Source of the DNA: Erysipelotrichaceae bacterium
Lineage (GTDB): Bacteria; Bacillota_I; Bacilli_A; Erysipelotrichales; Erysipelotrichaceae
Length of the DNA: 32,000 bases
Direction: 5' to 3'
NCBI GenBank assembly: GCA_963663995.1
Contig: OY760660.1
Coordinates: 840,001 to 872,000 of the forward strand
Positions 28,063 to 32,000 of the stretch are shown piece by piece. How positions within the stretch are numbered: the stretch's first letter is position 1; each line of letters opens with the position of its first letter. The notes beneath the pieces are model-generated. The model saw only the letters and a program-made list of their open reading frames with translations, did no database searches and was not told the origin of the DNA. Position numbers and translations under genes: made by a program.

Positions 28063-28992
28063 TTAAAAATTTATTCTTTTCTCTTCTATTACAAGTGGAC
28101 GGTTCATAATTCGTTGATTAATACTAATAATGTACTCACCAATTATTCCTAAAAAAACAAGTGTTACTGAATTAAACAAAAACAAACCAATGATAATTGG
28201 CGCAAATCCAGCTGTAAAAGTATCCCAATACATAAGCTTTAAGAAGAGATAAATCATTGCAATTCCTAGGCTTATAATTGCTCCGCTAAATCCAATAAAT
28301 GATGCTATCCTTAATCCAATTTTAGTATAAGAAACAAAACCTATCATGGCTGCATCATATAGTTTAAAAAAATTATTACTGGATTTACCTGCTCTTCTCT
28401 TTGCCTGCAAAAAATCAATTTTTTTAATTTTAAATCCTAATTCACTAACTATACCTCTGAAATACGGTTGAGGGTCCTTTAAATCCCGTAACACTTGTAT
28501 AAAATCTTTATCATATAGTCCAAATCCAGTGAAATGTTCAATTTGTTCGACATCTGATGCATATTTAATTAATTTATAAAAAAGTGTTCTAAGAAAGTGC
28601 AATACTGGATTTACTAAACTTTTACTCTTAATTCCAATTACAATTTTATTGCCAGCTTCCCATTCTTTTATAAAGTCTGGGATTCTTTCCAATGGATCTT
28701 GAAAATCTGCAGACATTGTTATAACACAATCACCTGATGTCTGTAATAAACCATAATAAGGTGAATTAAATTGGCCAAAATTTCTTGCATTAAATATTGC
28801 TTTTATATTTGGGTTTTTATTGCATATATTTTCAAGCAAAGCTTGTGTCTTATCTATAGAATGGTTATCTATAAATATTATTTCATAAGTATATTTCTCG
28901 AAAGACTTAAGAATTTTACTTAATTCTTGTGCCATCAATTCAATATTCTCTTCTTCATTATATGTTGGAATTAATATACTAATTTTTTTCAT
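28063..28992 (-). CDS. Polyprenyl-phosphate sugar synthase, GtrB/ArnC-type GT2
   Basis: 309 aa with ISILIPTYNEEENI, IDNHSIDKT, ARNFGQ and SADFQDPL motifs, two C-terminal TMs, and GEYIISINQRIMNRPLVI. ATGA overlap with the upstream epimerase at 28989..28992. Confidence 0.85.
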   Translation of the reverse strand: MKKISILIPTYNEEENIELMAQELSKILKSFEKYTYEIIFIDNHSIDKTQALLENICNKNPNIKAIFNARNFGQFNSPYYGLLQTSGDCVITMSADFQDPLERIPDFIKEWEAGNKIVIGIKSKSLVNPVLHFLRTLFYKLIKYASDVEQIEHFTGFGLYDKDFIQVLRDLKDPQPYFRGIVSELGFKIKKIDFLQAKRRAGKSSNNFFKLYDAAMIGFVSYTKIGLRIASFIGFSGAIISLGIAMIYLFLKLMYWDTFTAGFAPIIIGLFLFNSVTLVFLGIIGEYIISINQRIMNRPLVIEEKRINF

Positions 28993-29897
28993 AATTTTTC
29001 CCCTAAAATAATATTCTTTATACCCTCATTAAAAAGAGTTATCGGTTCAAATCCAACATCTAACTTTAAGTCAGAAATATCTGCTATTAAATGCATAACT
29101 TGGTTTTGTGAATATGGATTTTCTCCGAAAACTAAATCATACTTTGGATTTATTATATCTCTAACATCTTTTATATAATCTTTTAAAGGTTTTCCAATTC
29201 CGCCACCTAAACAATATATCTTATTATTTAAGTCTTTAGATTTAGCAAGTAAATAAAATGCTTGAGCAGCATCAGCTGAATATAAATAATCCCATATCTG
29301 TTCTCCAGCAGTAAGCCGTATGGATGTATTTGTGGATATATTATTAATTAAACTCATAATTAAAGTGTTTTTATCATCATTTGGCCCATAGATACTAAAA
29401 ACTCTTACCCATAAATTTCTTATATTAAGTGTTTTACATAAACTTCTGCTCATATGACCTGCAGTCAATTTAGCAATTCCATATCCTGTTTCCGGATTCG
29501 TTAGTGATTTAGGACTGAGAATTGTATTACTTCTTCCAAACTCAGCCTGTGAACCAGCACCAATAAATAATGAACACCCTAGCTTATTGGCCAAATGGAC
29601 AGCATCTAATGTATAAATAACATTGTCCAGTTGATGATATAAATCATCTCTACCAATACCTATTGTTCCGTCCCACGCAAAATGAAAAAATACATCATAT
29701 TGCTTTGAAATATTTAAAATTTTAAGATTATTTAAATTGCATTCTATAACTTCTACATATATTGATTTAGGAATCAAATTAATATTTTGTGATCCTTCAC
29801 GAACAATTGCTAAAACATATATCTTTTCAGATATCATTTTTTTAATTAAAGCTATTCCAATTGTTCCTGTTGGTCCAGTAATAACAATACTATTCAT
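28989..29897 (-). CDS. NAD-dependent sugar epimerase/dehydratase family (extended SDR)
   Basis: 302 aa with IVITGPTGTIGIAL (GxxGxxG), FIGAGSQAEFG, and YGIAK (YxxxK). Confidence 0.8.
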   Translation of the reverse strand: MNSIVITGPTGTIGIALIKKMISEKIYVLAIVREGSQNINLIPKSIYVEVIECNLNNLKILNISKQYDVFFHFAWDGTIGIGRDDLYHQLDNVIYTLDAVHLANKLGCSLFIGAGSQAEFGRSNTILSPKSLTNPETGYGIAKLTAGHMSRSLCKTLNIRNLWVRVFSIYGPNDDKNTLIMSLINNISTNTSIRLTAGEQIWDYLYSADAAQAFYLLAKSKDLNNKIYCLGGGIGKPLKDYIKDVRDIINPKYDLVFGENPYSQNQVMHLIADISDLKLDVGFEPITLFNEGIKNIILGEKL

Positions 29898-29900
29898 TTC

Positions 29901-30954
29901 TTACTCAACAATAAATGGTGTAAATTCAAAACCATATTTAATTTCATCAATATTAATATCATCAACTACAGATAAGTTCATACTATCATCAATTAAAATT
30001 GCTCTTATTGAGTCGTTTAATTGCTTTTTGTCTTTTTTAATTGAATCAACCAAATCTGTTAACTTTAAATTATATTTCTTTGTTTTTATAATTTGATTTA
30101 AAATAGTTTCAGTTCTAGAGATATAGTTTTCGTTAAGGAGTCCTCGTTTAAATGAAATTCTATTAGCAACTATCATTCCAATCGCAACAGCAGTTCCATG
30201 TGGTACTTTATAATTTGTTGCTGATTCGATAGCATGTCCAAAGGTATGGGCAAAGTTTAACAATACTCTCTCATTACGATCAAATTCATCTTTTTGAATA
30301 TAATTTTTTTTAAAATTTAATGAAAAAGTATTATATTTTATGATAGTTTTTGAATCTCTCTTTAATAATAAATCAACATCTTTTTCAAGTCGATTTAACC
30401 CCTCAAATCCATACATTAAGTTGAATTTAACAACTTCTCCTAGACCACTTAAATAATCCATTTCAAGTAAACTTTTAAAAAAAATTTGTATTTATATATA
30501 TTTTTGTTGGTGGATAAAAAGTTCCTAATAAATTCTTAAAATTCTTGTAGTTAAGAGATGTTTTCCCTCCAATACAACTATCAGCTGATGCTAACAATGT
30601 TGTTGGAAAAAACACCCAATCTATCCCTCGATATAACACATTCGCAATAAAACCAGTTAAATCTTGAACAATACCACCGCCAATTGAAACTAATCTAGCA
30701 TTTCTTTTCCCTGGTATTTCAATCATCTTATCTAAAATATTAAATACTGTTTTTATGTTTTTATTTTTTTCAGTGGCTTTTAACAAAAATAATCTATTTG
30801 AAGGTATGCCATCTAAAAAATCATTGCTATAAAGTGAATAGACTTTGCTATCAACAACATAAAATGTGTTTTTGTTATCATAAATGATGTCAAATATTGA
30901 TGATTTTTTTGTAAATGTAACTTCGTAATTTTTTAGTTGTGATTTAATTTTCAT
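29901..30954 (-). pseudogene. 3-dehydroquinate synthase-like sugar-phosphate cyclase family gene, split by a +1-base frameshift in a T8 (plus-strand A8) tract
   Basis: ORF 30475..30954 carries the N-terminal DHQS motifs (GGGIVQDLTGFIANVLYRGIDWVFFPTTLLASADSCIGGKTSLN, KNLLGTFYPP). ORF 29901..30461 carries the C-terminal motifs (GLGEVVKFNLMYG, LNFAHTFGHAIE, HGTAVAIGM). Removing one base from A8 at 30477..30484 joins them as ...INTNFFKSLLEMDYLSGLGEVVKF..., about 349 aa. I prefer start ATG 30954 (ATGA overlap with the SDR stop) over ATG 31020, which lies inside the SDR gene. Confidence 0.8.
30477..30484. repeat. A8/T8 homopolymer at the frameshift site of the DHQS-like gene
   Basis: Read directly from the sequence: cttttAAAAAAAAtttg. 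The premature TAA (complement of 30475..30477) uses the last T of the tract. Confidence 0.95.
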
Positions 30955-31616
30955 TGAACTGAATAGCCCCCATCGATTACAATTTCTTGACCTGTAATAT
31001 ATGTATTTTTTTCGGAACATAAATAAAAAACTATTTCAGCAATTTCTTCTGGTTGAGCTAGTCTTTTTAATGGAATGGTTTCTGCTATTTTTCCTATTTG
31101 TTCTGTTGAATTATTTTTACTTGTTAGTTCTGTTAATGTAAACCCTGGGCATACTGTATTAACGAGTATATTTTCATTTGCTACTTCAAGAGCTAACGTT
31201 GTTGTGATTCCATGAATACCTCTTTTTGTTGCACTATAAATTCCTCTTCCAGGTTTTGAAACAACTGACCATATTGATGCAATATTTACAATCCTTCCAT
31301 ACTTTTGAGTTTTCATTTTTGGAACAAATGATTTAAGTAGATAGATAGGCGCGATTAAATTTATATTGAATGTATTTTCGATATCTGTTTCTTTAACATT
31401 TTCAATAAGATTAATTTCATTTATTCCAGCATTATTTACTAAAACATCATAGGTATCATTTTTATGATTCTCAATAAATTTTTTAATTGAGTCTATATTG
31501 CTTAAATCTAGTTCATTTCTTGTGGGTGCATAAACAAAATAACCATTACTTTCAAATATTTTTTTAATTTCTAATCCAATCCCTCTAGAACCACCTGTCA
31601 ATAAAACTTTTTTCAT
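30951..31616 (-). CDS. Short-chain dehydrogenase/reductase (classical SDR, FabG-like)
   Basis: MKKVLLTGGSRGIG (TGxxxGxG), NNAGI, and SxxxxxxxxxxxxYSATK (catalytic Ser/Tyr/Lys). I prefer ATG 31616 (GGAG 8 nt upstream, 1 nt after the upstream stop) over ATG 31643, which lies inside the TPP-enzyme gene. Confidence 0.88.
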   Translation of the reverse strand: MKKVLLTGGSRGIGLEIKKIFESNGYFVYAPTRNELDLSNIDSIKKFIENHKNDTYDVLVNNAGINEINLIENVKETDIENTFNINLIAPIYLLKSFVPKMKTQKYGRIVNIASIWSVVSKPGRGIYSATKRGIHGITTTLALEVANENILVNTVCPGFTLTELTSKNNSTEQIGKIAETIPLKRLAQPEEIAEIVFYLCSEKNTYITGQEIVIDGGYSVQ

Positions 31617-31617
31617 T

Positions 31618-32000
31618 TTATTCTCCAAATTTAATACTTTCATATTCTTCTCGATCTAAGAATGGAAACATATCATCTATTCTTGGAGAAACTATCGTTC
31701 CATCTTCTAAAACTTTTGATGATAATTTTGGTTCAAAGTTTTGTTCTACATCTAAAATAACTTCGCATAGAATTGGACCTTTTTCTCTTAACACATTGTT
31801 TAATATTTCATCTAATTTGGAATGGTTATCAATTTTTTTATATTTTATATCATATGCATATGCAATTTTTTCCAACTCAGGAAAACTTACACCATTATCA
31901 GAACACACACCTATTAAATCTTTTTTAGTCAAGTTCTTTTGAGTTTGTCTAATCGAGTGATATCCATTATTATTTAGCACAAATAAAACAATATCTAAAT
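31618..32000 (-). CDS. Thiamine-diphosphate-dependent enzyme (acetolactate-synthase-like), C-terminal part; 5' end off the window
   Basis: The frame stays open to position 32000: translation upstream of the ORF-track GTG reads LDIVLFVLNNNGYHSIRQTQ, the NN-GY-x-IR-x-Q segment of the TPP-binding C-terminal domain of ALS/IolD/YerE-type enzymes. Only ~127 codons are visible, so the subfamily is unknown. Confidence 0.72.
   Translation of the reverse strand, partial: LDIVLFVLNNNGYHSIRQTQKNLTKKDLIGVCSDNGVSFPELEKIAYAYDIKYKKIDNHSKLDEILNNVLREKGPILCEVILDVEQNFEPKLSSKVLEDGTIVSPRIDDMFPFLDREEYESIKFGE

Noticed and set aside
31978-31980. GTG at 31980 as the start of a 120-aa protein.
   Set aside because: The frame stays open to the window edge, and the upstream residues (LDIVLFVL) continue the TPP-binding motif. 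The gene is therefore a truncated large TPP enzyme, not a small protein.
1-32000. Search for CRISPR arrays, tRNA/rRNA, IS elements, integrases, flanking inverted repeats of the inverted 23190-25514 cassette, and defence or toxin genes.
   Set aside because: Non-coding DNA is limited to gaps of at most ~90 bp. I found no repeat-spacer periodicity, no cloverleaf-sized conserved segment, and no transposase or recombinase motifs. I also saw no obvious inverted repeats at 23101-23189 versus 25480-25530.

Overview
This is a strongly AT-rich, almost gap-free cell-envelope glycopolymer locus, apparently from a low-GC Gram-positive (Bacillota-type) bacterium using the standard code (TGG Trp, long ORFs without TGA read-through). 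I count 25 genes, 24 intact and 1 frameshifted. All but two are on the minus strand, and most are joined by 1-, 4- or 8-nt stop/start overlaps. Contents: rmlC and rmlD (dTDP-rhamnose); three soluble GT2 glycosyltransferases; five GT2 enzymes with a C-terminal two-helix membrane anchor (GtrB/CsbB/ArnC-like polyprenyl-phosphate sugar synthases, one with degenerate catalytic motifs); six large polytopic membrane proteins carrying seven GT-C-like modules (three YfhO paralogs, one fused in frame to a second GT-C-like module); an LCP ligase with C-terminal PASTA-like repeats; and two sugar-tailoring cassettes (FAD oxidoreductase + TIM-barrel isomerase + SDR, and TPP enzyme + SDR + dehydroquinate-synthase-like cyclase + epimerase). 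I saw no tRNA, rRNA, CRISPR, transposase, integrase or recognisable defence or toxin genes. Main leads: (1) six concatenated lipid-sugar synthase / GT-C pairs with no GtrA-type flippase; (2) a candidate lipid-linked-sugar oxidation/isomerisation/reduction cassette embedded between a GtrB-like enzyme and a YfhO; (3) a 1331-aa double GT-C fusion; (4) a DHQS-like gene split by one extra base in an A8/T8 tract whose context would also allow +1 slippage; (5) an LCP-PASTA fusion. All functional calls rest on motif recognition by eye; no database search was run.
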